Source: Prorocentrum cordatum
Lineage: Eukaryota
Reading direction: 5' to 3'
NCBI GenBank assembly: GCA_963575745.1
Contig: CAUYUJ010000292.1
Location: 310,001-374,000 of the forward strand
DNA length: 64,000 bases
Shown here: piece after piece, positions 1 through 40,719 of the stretch
Layout of the letters: each line of letters opens with the position of its first letter
Numbering within the stretch: position 1 is the first letter of the stretch
The notes under the pieces: generated by a model
Database searches by the model: none
What the model was told of the DNA's origin: nothing
What the model saw: the letters and a program-made list of their open reading frames with translations, nothing else
Program-made: the position numbers and the translations under genes

Positions 1-461
1 CTACACTTTCCCACTTTCCTCCTGCTCATCTTCCCCTCTCCTTTCCCTCCCTCCCTCCTCGTTCCTGCTTTCCTTCCTCCTCCGTCTTGCCTCATTCCTT
101 GCCCTCCCCTCCCTCCTCTTCCCTCCGTCCTCCCCCATTTCTCCTTCCCCCTTTCTTCGTCTTCTCCTCCTCCTCCCTCGCCCGATGCCCGAGCATCACC
201 CCGCCCAGCGAGAGGATAGAGGGCCGAGGGAGGCAGAGCTTGACTCCTCCTGCTGGTCGTCAGCCTCCACCTCCTCCTTCCCCCTCCTCCCTCCCTCCCC
301 GCTTCCCCGCTCCCTCCTCCTCTCCTCTGCTCATCCACTGCCTCCCCCCCTCCCCGTCCTCCTCCTCCTCCTCCTCCTCCTCCTCCTCCTCCTCCTCCTC
401 CTCCTCCTCCCCGTCCTCCTCGTCCTCGCCCTCGTCCTCCTCCTCCTCCTGGGCGGACTGC

Positions 462-28730
<28,269 letters not shown>

Positions 28731-28809
28731 CTGGCGCCGGGCCGCCGTGCACCGCACTGAGGGGCAGAGCTCTTCGGCGGCGAGCCAGGGGGGAAGTGAG
28801 AATGAGAAC

Positions 28810-28992
28810 CGGCTACACGCAAGAGTGACCCTGAGCAAAAGTAACCTTTGGTCTGCGACTTTACAGGGACGCGGGTGACCAAATCCAAGCGCGCAAGCAG
28901 CCGCTATCGCATCGCGCTCAGCGATCGGGGGGACCCCGATGAGCCCGCACCGAAGACCAATCTGGCAAAGGGTCACTCATACGTGTAGCCGA
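28810..28992. mobile_element. Family F TIR element (CGGCTACACG..GAGTGACCCT)
   Basis: Inverted termini; copy at 46312-46495, half copy at 28454-28484. Confidence 0.75.
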
Positions 28993-29331
28993 AAGGCGGA
29001 GGCCTTCTCAGAATGATCGGAAGTCCCCTGGTGTTCTGAAAAATGTACTAAGTCCCCCCCCCGAGAGCGCCGAAAACTTCTCAGAAGGCTCGGGGGCTTC
29101 TGAGAAAACCGCCGCATTCCGAGAAGACCTTCTCCTTCTCACTTCCCCTTCCTCGCCCGCCGCCGAGAGAACGCATGCGGGGCAACGATGGGGGGAACTG
29201 GCATAAGAGGGGTAACATCGACTCAGAATCGGCGATACATCGTCGATAGATCGGCGATATGCCCCCCGATGGCGAATCGAAACCTTCCTGGGAAGGGTGG
29301 GGGCTATGAGGCCCCTATCGGCGATCATAGA

Positions 29332-30164
29332 GGGGCCCAGGGACACACAAAAACAGACACACAGGCACACAGACACACAGGCATACAGACACACAGACAC
29401 ACAGACACACAGACACACAGACACCCGCACACAATCACACAGACATCCGCACACACACACACGCACACACACACACACACACACACACGCACGCGCACGC
29501 GCACGCGCACGCGCACGCGCAAGCGCACGCGCAACACGCACAACACGCACAACACGCACAACACGCACAACACGCACAACACGCACAACACGCACAACAC
29601 GCACAACACGCACAGCAGACACACAACATACAACAGACACACAACATACAACACACACAACACACACACACAACACACAACACACACACACAACACACAC
29701 ACAACACACAACACAGGCAACACAGGCAACACACGCAACACACGCAACACACGCACACACGCAACACACGCACACACGCAACACACGCACACACGCACAC
29801 ACGCACACACGCACGCACGCACGCACACACGCACACGCATACACACACGCATACACACACGCATACACACATACACACACGCACACACGCACACGCACAC
29901 GCACACGCACACGCACGCACGCACACACGCACGCACGCACGCACGCACGCACGCACCGACACACACACATACACACAACACACAGCACACAACACACAAC
30001 ACAACACTCAACACACAACACACAACACACAAATAGAAACAAATCCCCGGATTCCCCGTGCTTTCCCATATTCTGGTTGCTCGTCTTCCCCACCACCTCC
30101 CATATTTCCGAATCTTTTCCTGGGAGTTGTTTTAATTGTGTGTGTGTGTTTGTTCCACTCCTGA
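29332..30164 (+). mobile_element. Family H element with a (CA/CACG/CAACA)n expansion of ~690 bp
   Basis: Starts GGGGCCCAGGGACACAC and ends with the same tail ...CTCCTGA as the other Family H copies. Confidence 0.7.
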
Positions 30165-33100
30165 GATCAATGGGCGACTTGGGGTCAGTGCGTCCCCCCC
30201 TGTGCCTACCCCCCCCCTACCCTACTGCTGCCCCCGCCGCACGCCTCGGAGGATCGGGACTCCGAGACCCGACGGCGACGGGGACGAGGCCGAGGTATCG
30301 CGGAGAGGGGCCGAGGACCGAGGACCGAGGAATTCTGCGGATCGAGAGGAAGGCTCGATACTCGACGATCGAGTTTCGAGGAGAAGGTTCAACGACAACG
30401 ACGGGGCCGCTCAGGCGCTCGTTGGGGGCCACTTGGGGGCGATCTGGAGGCCTCAGCAGCCCATCGGAGGCGAAACGGCGAGAAGGCAACAATCATAGAA
30501 TTCCAGATCGGTTCGAAGATTTCGGCTTGTCGAAAGTGTTCTGGAGGTACCCTGAGGCTCGTCGGGGCTGTCTTGGGCGTCTCTTGAAGCGTCTGGGGCC
30601 TCTCTAGAGCCGTCTGAACCCCCTGGAGGCTGTCTTGGGGGTGACTCGGGGCCGTCCAGGAACGGCTCTCGCGAATCGAACGATACCACTGGAGCAACGC
30701 TTTTGAACTTGACGGTGCGAGCTCCCCAATCGTTGCGGATCTACTTACAACTGCCAAGCATCTGGCATTGGGCGTAATCTGATGAGGTGATTGGTCTAGG
30801 CTACATTCGGAGGGCGGAGGGAAATGAGGAATGTTATCAAGGGACAAAAAGTTGGATGAGGAGGGGGAGAGAGTAGGGGAGAGGAGAAAGAGGATGATAA
30901 TGACGAGGGAGGGTCGAGGAGGAGGAAGAGGAGGAGGCGGAGGAGGAGGAGGAGGAGAAGGAGGAGGGGGCGGAGGAGGAGGAGGAGGAGGAGGAGGATG
31001 AGGAGGAGGAGAGATGAGGAGGAGGGAGGGAGGAGGAGGAGGACGAGGAGGAGGCGAATGAGGATGAAGAAAGAGGAGAAATGCGAGGAACTTGACGAGG
31101 ACGAAGGCGAACGGCAACGGTGGACTCTGGCACGGACCAGGCCGGGAGATGCGACGCAGCCGCTTTTTCCAGCACTCTCGCAGAGATCGCCCCATGAGCT
31201 CGCAGAGGACGGGGGCCGGAGCGGCCACCCCGGGCCCCTAGCGGAGGAGGAGGAGGAGGAGGCGGAGGGAGGAGAAGGAGGAGGACGAGGACGAGGAGGA
31301 GGGGGAGGAGGCGGAGGAGGAGGAGGGAGGAGGCGGAGGAGGAGGAGGAGGAGGAGGCGGATGAGGAGGAGAAGGAGGAGGACGAGGACGAGGAGGAGGG
31401 GGAGGAGGCGGAGGAGGAGGAGGGGGAGGAGGCGGAGGAGGAGGAGGAGGAGGAGGAGGCGGAGGAGGGGGGGAGGAGGAGACCGAGGAAAAGGAGGAGG
31501 AGGAGACCGAGGAGGAGGAGGAGGAGACCGAGGAGGAGGATGAGAAGACCGAGGAGGAGGAGGAGGAGGAGGAGGAGGAGGAGGAGGAAGAGGAGGAGGA
31601 TATACCCCGAGCGGAGCCCCGGCGCCCCCCCTCGAGCTCGGCCCCTGGAGGTCCTTCACGGGGGCCCGCTCGCGCGGGTAGCCACGGGGGGGGGGAGCGA
31701 AGTCGGGGGCTGCTGCAGGTGCCCCTGGCCCAAGGCATACCCCCAGCTGTTCGCTCCATTTTGGAGCCCGGGGGGCCCTCTGAGCCTCGCGAGGGGTGCT
31801 CTCTGGAGGCCGCGGGGGCCTCCTTATGGAGATCCTGGGGGCACCTTGGGCCAGGGGCACCTCTGGCAACACCCTGCCAAGACGGGGGGCGAAGACACGA
31901 GCCGGAAAGGGGCCCGCGTCTCCACTTCCAACCTCAGCCCTCCCCCAGTGCCGCCTGCCCGACCCGGACGAGGACACGCTAAGGCCAGGATGGACATCGG
32001 GAGTCTCCGAGATCCGGCGCCTCCAGAGGAGGCTCGGAGCGCCGCGGCCCTCGCAGAGCGTGCCAGCACGCTCCGAGAGCGCGCGGGAGAGCGGTGGGAC
32101 GCACTTCCCGTGCCCCGCGCGGCCCGTCGGCTCGGCAGTCGCGACACTGCGTCCGCCAGCGCTGCGAGCCGAGGAGTTTCGTTGGACGCCGCGTGGATGG
32201 CTGAGCCTTCACCAGCCTTGGGGATCCCACAAGCCGTGTGGTGACAGACCGTGCTGTGACCTCGGAGCCCCAAGCGACCTCACCGTACGGTCTGTCACCG
32301 CACGGTCTTGGGACCCTGGAGGCCCCTGTCGCCCGATCCTCGGAGAGGGACTCGAGTCCCAAAACCGTGCGGTGACCCCGAATCCCCACCGACTCACCAC
32401 ACGGTGTGGTCACCACACCGTTCGGGTGCCTCCGGCAGTCGCAGCCTAGCCTCGTCCAGGGGTGGTTTAGCATTCGCCAATCGCAGCCCAGCCTCGTCCA
32501 AAGAGCTTCTGACACCGCGTGGATGGTTTAACCTTCCCGTGAAACGGATTTGCAGTCGGACCTAGGCCAGAAGAACATCCTTCAAGAACATGAGACCCTC
32601 CGCCGGCCAGAACAGACAGAACATCGGCACCGCCCCAAGGCTGCGCAAGGGCATCCCGCAAACGCGAACAACCTCAGGGCATCCTCCCCGAGCCCGCCTC
32701 GACCTTATGTATAGATACCTCGGTCCCACTGCATCACCGTCACGGCCCCGTCCGAGGAGGTCCTTCACGAGGCTCGGGTCGGGCGAAAGGGGGGGATAGC
32801 AAAGGGGGGGGGTGAGAATCAGCTCACGTAGCTGATTTTCCCGGCGCCTCCTGGCGCAGGCGGCGGCTATGTATCGAGGAATGGGCCCCTCGGTGAGGCC
32901 GAAACCAACTACACGCAGGAAATGTCGTAACCCCCCCTTTCCGTATCCCCCCCTTTCGTCCGGCCCGAAGGGAGGCCCAGCGCGGATCCGAGAAATCCGC
33001 GCGGACCTCCGAGTTTTTTGTTTGTATAATTCGCTCACCTACCGGGGCATGGGGGGCGGCCATGCGACCGTGGAGCTCGAGGCCCGACCCCCGCCGGGAC

Positions 33101-36100
33101 GGCGGGGCGCGGTCTCCGACGGCGGCGCGCAGAGGGGGGGGTGCGGCGCCACGGCGGCGACGGCCACGACGACGCGACGCGCGCCTTTCCCAATCCCCCC
33201 CTTTCGTCCGGCCCGAGAGGCCCCGGGGGGGCACCACCAGAAGGCCCCCACGCCGCCGCGGCGAGCGGAGAGCCCCGGAGCCCCCTCGATAGCCCCCTTC
33301 GGGCCGGTGCGGCGAGGCCAGCCCCCTCGGAGGCCCCGGGGCCTCGAGCGCGCACGGGCGCGCGCGCGCGCGCGCGCCCGGCTCCCCCCCCCCCCCTTGA
33401 ACGAAGGATTGCAAAAAGGACTGCAAAAAAACCCTTCGCTTTTTGCAATCCAGGGTTTTTTTGCAATCCTTCTTTTTGCAATCCCTCCCCCCGCGCCCGC
33501 TCGCAGCGGGCGCGCGCCGCGCCTCGCGGAGGTTGACGGCCCGCAAAGTGGCCGGGCTCCGCCGCGGGGGAGCGCCGCTCCGTGACGCCGAGGCAACGGT
33601 GATCTTCGAACGGCTGCGCGCCAAGGCGCGCGGCGAGCAGCGGAGCGCGCCCAGAGCGACGCTCGACCTCCTCCTCCTCGGGCGTGCGCTCGGCGCCGCG
33701 GTGACTGGGGCGACGTGAGTCGGCGACCGCCCCGAGGGGGCGCCCCGGGGGGCCGGGCGAGGACCTCGGCAGTGCTCTCCGCCGCGCCCCGAGGCGGCCC
33801 GACTAGGACTGCGTCGTGCCTCGCAGGCCCCGACGGCGCCGATCGCAAACCACACCACGGCGTCACCTCACCCTTTGTGGTCCCCGAGCGAGGGCAGAGC
33901 GGGGTGGAGGTGGAGGGGGGTGGATGGGGGCAGAGATCACATGTTGATCGTGAAGCGCTGGTACTATGAGGAAGTGGAGGAAGGAGATGAGGAAGGAGAG
34001 AGAGGAGAGGGGAGGGGGAACGAAAGGGGAAGGGAGGAGGCGGGAAGGGAGGCCGACGTTGTGTCCTGCCTCCATGCGGAGTCCCTGGAACCCTGGACCA
34101 CATCCCGGGGACGGGTTCTTTGTTGTGGGTGGTCTTCTGTCCGCCCCAGGGCCTGGAGAGCAGGCATCCAGAAGCCCTGGCCTGGGGAACAGCAGCCGTC
34201 GTGCTCTTCTGCAGCGCCGGACGTCGATCCGCCGGGGGCCCCCACGGGCTGTCCAACCCGTCCCTCGTGGAGGCTCTGCGCACTGTCGCCTCCTCCAGCA
34301 GCTGGGGCCTCCAGCTGGGCCCCGGCGGGCGTTCGGCCGTGAACGCCTGCGCGGGCGTCGCCGCCGCCCCAGGGAAGGGCACCCGGCGCAGATCCAAGAG
34401 CCCTGCGCGGTCTCTGACAATCAAGTGCCGTTCGTTCTTCTTCGGTGCATCGAGGCCCTCGGAGCTCTCGCTCCGTTCCTGGCCTTCTCTGGGAGGGGAG
34501 GGTGGGACAGATCTCCCAGGTGCCAGAAGTCAATATTGGCCAACGTGGACCTCCAACAGTGCATGATTGCATTGTGGTGTAAGCTATGCGGTGTAAGCTA
34601 TGTGGGAAACGTTATCTCGTGTAAACGGTGTGGGGTGAGCTGACGAGCTCCGTACTATGCTGTAGAAGCTGTGCGGTGTAAACTGTGTCGGCTCCGTACT
34701 ATGCTGTAGAAGCTGTGCGGTGTAAACTGTGTCATGCACTTGGGCAGGCGTGAATTGGAGTTGAAATGTATTGGGTGTAAGCTGTGAGATGCGAACTATG
34801 CTCTGTACAGTAGGGGCCCGACCACAGGAAACCTTCCACAAGAAGCCCAACCCTGAGACCCCAGGACGCCCACTCATCTTCGGTGTGGGAACGCCACGCC
34901 CTCCATCGCTAGAGCCCCTCGAGGCCCAAGACACCCGGGGCACCCTGGCGGCTCGCAGGGTGTCTCTTGGGCAGGGGCCTCCACTGGAACTGGGCCGGTG
35001 CGAGCCGGAGGTAATCAGCAGCCGTGGGGTGCAGGCTACCGTCGGGGCGTTGACCTAAGGAACCCTAAGTTAGGATCGAGGCCCCTTTTTCCCACAAGTT
35101 GAACTTCGCTTCCACAGAAAACCTCAGGAACACCCGAGGCAAACTGTAAAACAGTCAAGGAACACCGAGCCCCTCCCCAACGAAAAGGGTTCCTTCTTCA
35201 GCGCCTCGACTGTATGTGGCGAAGGCTACGCCGTGCAAGAGAGCTCGGAGCACGGAGCGCCTGACCGAGGCGCCCACGGGGGCGGCGCGGGCGCCGGCAC
35301 GGCAGAACCCCCCGCCCCTCAGCGAGCGGCGGAGTGCCTCCACGAGGCGCCCGCGGGGCGCCCACGAGGCGGCGACGCGGCGCAGCCTCTGTAAGGAGCC
35401 CACGGGGCACACGTCGGGAGCGGCCAAGAGAGGGGTGTCCAAGAGGGGGGGTGCAAATCATGACCGGCGGCATGTGCGCGGCCCAGCGGGGGGGCCTGGG
35501 ACGCAATGAAATAAGAAGAGGCGCCATGAAATCTGAGGAAAAATCATGGCCCGCGCCATGAAATCCACCCCCCCCTAGTCATCACCCCCCTCTTTTCCGC
35601 TCCCGAACACGCAAACAACTGGACACAGACCCCGGGATGTCCCCCATGTGCCCATACACTCTCTGGACTCTCGTCTCCCCCTGCGCTTCCAACGGTTTCC
35701 ATACTTTTTCCTGGGGGGTCGACGGTTGCTTCTGTCTGTGTGTTTAGGGGGTGCGCGAACGTGGATTAGCGATCCATGGATTTGGCGCGCGGTTGCCAGA
35801 TCCACGGCTCGGGGAGGTGCCCTCCCCCAAAATGCAACTGGTGCCGCCTCCTTCGGCGGCGGAAACCCCATTGGGCCCGCACCAAAGGTCAACATGGGGG
35901 AAACGGATCCTGAGGGAAACGGGTCCTGGACCCCAGGGTCTTCCCCGAGGACGAGGTCTTAATGCTGAATCGCTTTCTGGCACTCCCCTGGCCCGTGGAG
36001 GGCCCGGAGAGCCAGAAAACGGTGAAGGAGGCTGCTTCTTAGAAGGCCCCCGGCTTTACATCTACAGTCAAAGCCCGCGCCTTCTGAGAAGCAGCCTCCT

Positions 36101-36953
36101 TTTAACAAGCCTTCCCCCTCCCCCCACCCCGCCCTGCCGACAGTGGGCCAGCACCAATAGAAGAAGACACAACGCTAGAAACAACATTCGTGGAGGTCCG
36201 CGCGGTTTTTCGGGATCCGGGCTGGGCCCCCCTCCCTGGCGCGGCGCCGGAGGCGCCGCCGGGGGCCCCCAGCGCGGATCCAAGAACTCCGCGCGGAGCG
36301 CCGAGCTTCTATGTCTATGTTTCTGTGTTTTTCTTTTTCTTGTTCCATTTCTTCTTCTTCTTCGAGACATGGGGCCCGCGCGAAAGGTCACTCCGCCGGA
36401 TAGGTCCCTCTCGCGTGTCACCGCACCTCCGTGAGCAGGGACCGACTGTCCCGGCACCACGACCTGTTCTCAGGAGCCCCAGAATGCTCTAATAAATATG
36501 TTCTTAGAGCATAGACCCGATGTGTGAAAACACAAGACAGCCTCGGCCAGACATGCTCTGTGCACAGCTCGTGCAGACCACAGGCAGGTTCTTGCCGAGG
36601 CCCATCGGCGAGCCAGGACGCTTCGCCACCGCTCGAGCGTGTGGCCGCACCTCCGCCCGAGGCAGGCCGCCCGGCGCGACCCGCCGGCGAGGGCACGCGG
36701 GCGAGAGCGCGCGGGCGCGGGCGGCTCGCTCACTCGCGCAGCCGCCGGTGCCGCGGCGCGGCTCCTCGCGCCGGGGCCCGCCGATCCTGGCCCCAGCTTC
36801 TGCCTCCTCCACCCGCCTTGTCCTCGCCCTCGTCCTCGTCGTCGTCGTCCTCCGCCTCCTCCTCCTCCTCCTCCTCCTCTTCCTCCCCTTTATCCTCCTC
36901 CTCCTTCTCCGCTTTCTCCTCCTCCTCCTCCTCATCATCTCCCTCCTCCTCCT

Positions 36954-38402
36954 CGCGGGTGGTTTTCACAATGTGGTTCTCGCCATAGCGCCACGCAAAA
37001 TACTAGAGTTCCACGGATTGAGGGCGGTTTCTTTTCAAAATGTGGCTCTCGCCTTTGCGCTGCGCACATTCGTCTTAAGAAGTTGCAGGAGCTTGACGGG
37101 TTCTTATGAGCACTGCGTTTTGAAGCAATTCAGGATGACTCTTGGTGTTGATCTCCTGAGACTGATGTTTTGGCACGCGTCATGATGTTCACACGGTTGT
37201 CCCCCAACGGCGCACTTCCCTCAGTGGAAATGAGCCCTTATAGGGGCCTATGAAGAGGGAGTTTTGGAGGGATGGTGTATTCTAACATCGTTGATGAGAC
37301 TTGGGATTGCACTGGTCCTCCTCCTCCTCCTCCTCCTCCTCCTCCTCCTCCTCCTCTTCCTCCTCCTTCTCCTCTTTCTCCTCGCTCATCCCTCTCCTCC
37401 TCCCTCTCCTCCTCCTCCTCCTCCTCCTCCTCCTCCTCCTCCTCTTTCTCCTCCTCCTCATCCTAATTCCTCCCCCTTCCCCTTTCCTTTCCCCCATTCC
37501 TTTCCCATATGACTAACTTTTCCCTGTCGCACCCCGAGGCCGTTTGGAGGGCGGCAGGCCAGTCGTTTCGCCTGAGACTTCCCCACCACTTACGGACCCG
37601 AAGCTTCGAATTTGCAGCAAGTCCACGGGTGGAAAGCGGACCGCTGTCGCGCTGTGGCTCTCGCCATCGCGGCGCACGCATTCGCTTGACAAACCTGCAA
37701 GAGTTTCGCGGATGGGGGGCGGCTGGTTCTCAAAATGTGGCTCTCGCCATCGCTCCGCACGCATTCGTCTTCAAAACTGCAAGAGCTTCACGGCTGAAGT
37801 GCGGGTGGTTTTCAAAATGTGGCTCTCGCCTTCGCGCCGCGTGCATTCGTTTCAAAAACTGCAATCGCTTCGCGGATGGAGGGCGGGTGGTTTTCAAAAT
37901 GTGGCTCTCGCCTCAGCGCCGCGCGCATTCGTCTGAAACTGTTGCAAGAGTTGCACGGCTGTGGGGCGGCTCCTTTACAACATCTGGCTCTCGCCTTCGC
38001 GCCGCGCACATACGTACTCAGAGTTCACCCGAACCTTAAGGATTCACATAGTTAACATCACAGGGATAATATTGTGGCACGGTGTCTGACTGTCAGGTCG
38101 CACCACTATGTTGAGTCGCTGTGTTCAAGTCATAGGAACGTTGTTCCAAATCGATTCAAACATCGTCAAGGCGCATCAGTAACGGTGATTCGCGGCGTTG
38201 ACAACGCAAACACGGCGTTCTGGCGTAATTCGCGATTTTCAAACGTTGTCTTTCAACGAGGCACTCTCCTCAGTGCAAACGAATCCTTGTAGGGGCCTGT
38301 GAAGGGGAACTTGGAGACAGCGTCTATTGCACTATCGTTGGTTTGCATTGGTCCTCCTCTAGTGCACAGCGTCTATTGCATGAGTCTTGGGTTTGCACTG
38401 GT
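36954..38402 (+). mobile_element. Two Family C copies: 5'-truncated 36954-37316 and full length 37508-38402, separated by (CCT)n
   Basis: Same repeat units and the same CACTGGT(CCT)n 3' end. Further fragments at 16846-16972, 61862-62070 and 63255-63797. Confidence 0.8.
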
Positions 38403-38699
38403 CCTCCTCCTCCTCCTCCTCCCCCTCCTTCCCCATTCCTCTTTCTTACATCGGCGGCGCGCCGAGGGGAGAACCGAGACGGGGCCCTCCTCGCTCCCAC
38501 CCCCTCCTTCCTGGGGGATGTTCGAACCGGGCTGTCTCAAGGCGACGCTGCATCCAGGACGCGACGATGCTCCGCTTCGCGGAAGCGCGGTCGCCGGTAT
38601 ATTTCTCCCCCCTCGGGGTGACCAAGTGCCACGCGTGGTACATCGCGGAGAGCATGGGCGAATCTGAGAAGAAGAAGAAGAAGAAGAAGAAACGCGTAA

Positions 38700-39030
38700 C
38701 AGTGGGTCCACGTGTGAGTGACCGAATGCGGGTCAGTTACGACTAAGCAGTGCATTCGTGCTTCTGGCTGTGAGCGGTCTGAGTGCGTGAGTCTGAGTGC
38801 GAATGGGGCTGAGTCTACGAGTGAGTCTCAATGTGACTGCTCAGAATGTGAATGGTCTGTGTGGACGAGTCTGAGAATTACTAAACCGAGTACGAATTCA
38901 TCTGAGTGTGAGCAGTCTCGGCACGAGCGCGTCTGCGTATGAGGGTGTCCGAGTACCCGTGGATCTGAGTGCACGTGTGTGGTCAGAGTGTGCGAAAGCA
39001 CGTCCGTATTAGAGTGGGTCTGAGTATGAT
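38700..39030. repeat. Degenerate CTGAGTG-type short-period repeat; inverted counterpart at 42920-43320
   Basis: TCTGAGT-rich here and ACTCAGA/GCTCAGA-rich at 42920-43320. Confidence 0.7.
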
Positions 39031-39892
39031 TAAGTCGGGCCTGTCCCCCTACAGGGGGAATTGAGACGAAAAATAAACAGTAGCCAAATAATTCCCAAAA
39101 ATGGTCAAACTATACTCAAAAAATCATCCACAAACTATTTTTTGAGTATTTCCGAATATCCCTCCTGTAGAGGGACAAGCCCGACTAAATAATATGAGTG
39201 GGGAGAAGCCGGTAGTGAGGAAGCGGAAGTGGCATACTACTGACAAGACACCCATCTCAGGATGTGGGCAGCCGGCCGTCCTGCTGCTGCTGCAAACGTC
39301 GGAGCCCTGGGTCCTCCCCGATCGCCCCCCCAGATCTCCAGAGCTCCTCGGAGGCCTCCGCAGGTCTCATGGTGGTCCCCAGAGGAATCCCTGGAGCCTC
39401 TCGGAGGTCTCGGGAGGCCCGTAGAGACTCTGGAGCCGACCGAAAACCCTGATCCTCGATCTCCCGATCCTCCCCATCCTGCCTCTCCTCCTCCCGCCCT
39501 CCTCCCTCCTCCTTCCCTGAGATCCGGTGTGGCGCAACCCCGCGAGAGGTGGCGATCGGAGGGCCAGACCGCGTCGTCCCGTGCTGTTCTCGAGCCAGGC
39601 CGATCGTCGGGAGGGCCCCCGGGGGGCACGACGGCGGGCGAGACTGGGCGGCGTGGCACAAAACCGTGACGCCAGGACCTCCTCCTCCGGCTCCTCCTCC
39701 CCTCTCGCCCAACTCCAGGGGCGGTGTCCACACTGCGGGGCGGGGGCAGCTTTGGCCGAGCGAGATGGTTAGCACCGCACCCAAACGCAAACAGAAATAA
39801 GCATTCCCAGCCCCCCCAGACCGAAATCTACAGCTGCCGCCTCCTCCTCCTCCTCCTCCTCCTCCTCCTCCTCCTCCTCCTCCTCCTCCTCC

Positions 39893-39943
<51 letters not shown>

Positions 39944-40629
39944 CCCCTGTCCTCCTCCCCCTCCCCCGCCCCCGCCCCCTTCTCCTCCTCCTCCTCCTCC
40001 TCCTCCTCCTCCTCCTCCCTTTCCTCCTCCTCCTCCTCCTCCTCCTCTTCCTCTTCCTCCTCCTCTCCTTCTCAGGGTGCCAGCATAACACCTCCGGGTG
40101 CTGGATGCGTCATCGGTTCGCCAGAAGGGGGGGTCTTAATGGCTTCCCTGGGTTACCCTTGCACTGAGAAAGCATACCGCACGTGATTAAAGGGAGTCCA
40201 ACATCAAAGGATGCGAAGGTGAGGGCTCATCCCTAACGCCGATTTTGACCGTGACCCCTCCAGGCGCGCCCCTTCCCGCAGTGTGTGGAGGACCCAGCTC
40301 CGAGCTTGGAGAGGGGAAAAAGGAGGAAGATCAGAGGTCCGCGCGGACCTCCGATCGTGTTTGTTTCTGTCCTTGTTTGGTCTCCGAGTGCGACCTCATG
40401 TCCTGACCCTGGCTCTTCCTTTTCCGCCTCTCCCCTCTGCCTGGCGCCCTCCGTGCCGCCCCTCGTCTCCAGAGCGCCCCTCCCGATGCTTGACCGGTAC
40501 CTGCCCCGCTGGTGCCCGCCGACCCCCCAAGAATAATCTCCGAGAGCAGGAGGGCGTGAGACATGGCTGGGCAGGCGGGCCCCTCCTTCGCCAGCTGGGC
40601 GCCAGGGATCCCCGGCACCCTGCTGTCGC

Positions 40630-40719
40630 TCAGCGGCGCAGCGCCGGCGCCACCGCCGAGGCGAGGCTGGGGAGCAGCGGGCAGTTCGGGATCGGGTCGT
40701 GCGGGTTCATGATCATCAC
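40630..40719 (-). CDS. Probable terminal rhomboid exon VMIMNPHDPIPNCPLLPSLASAVAPALRR*
   Basis: aaag|G acceptor, high GC3, completes the last helix and ends in TGA; implies an ~8.4-kb last intron. Confidence 0.75.
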   Translation of the reverse strand: MMIMNPHDPIPNCPLLPSLASAVAPALRR

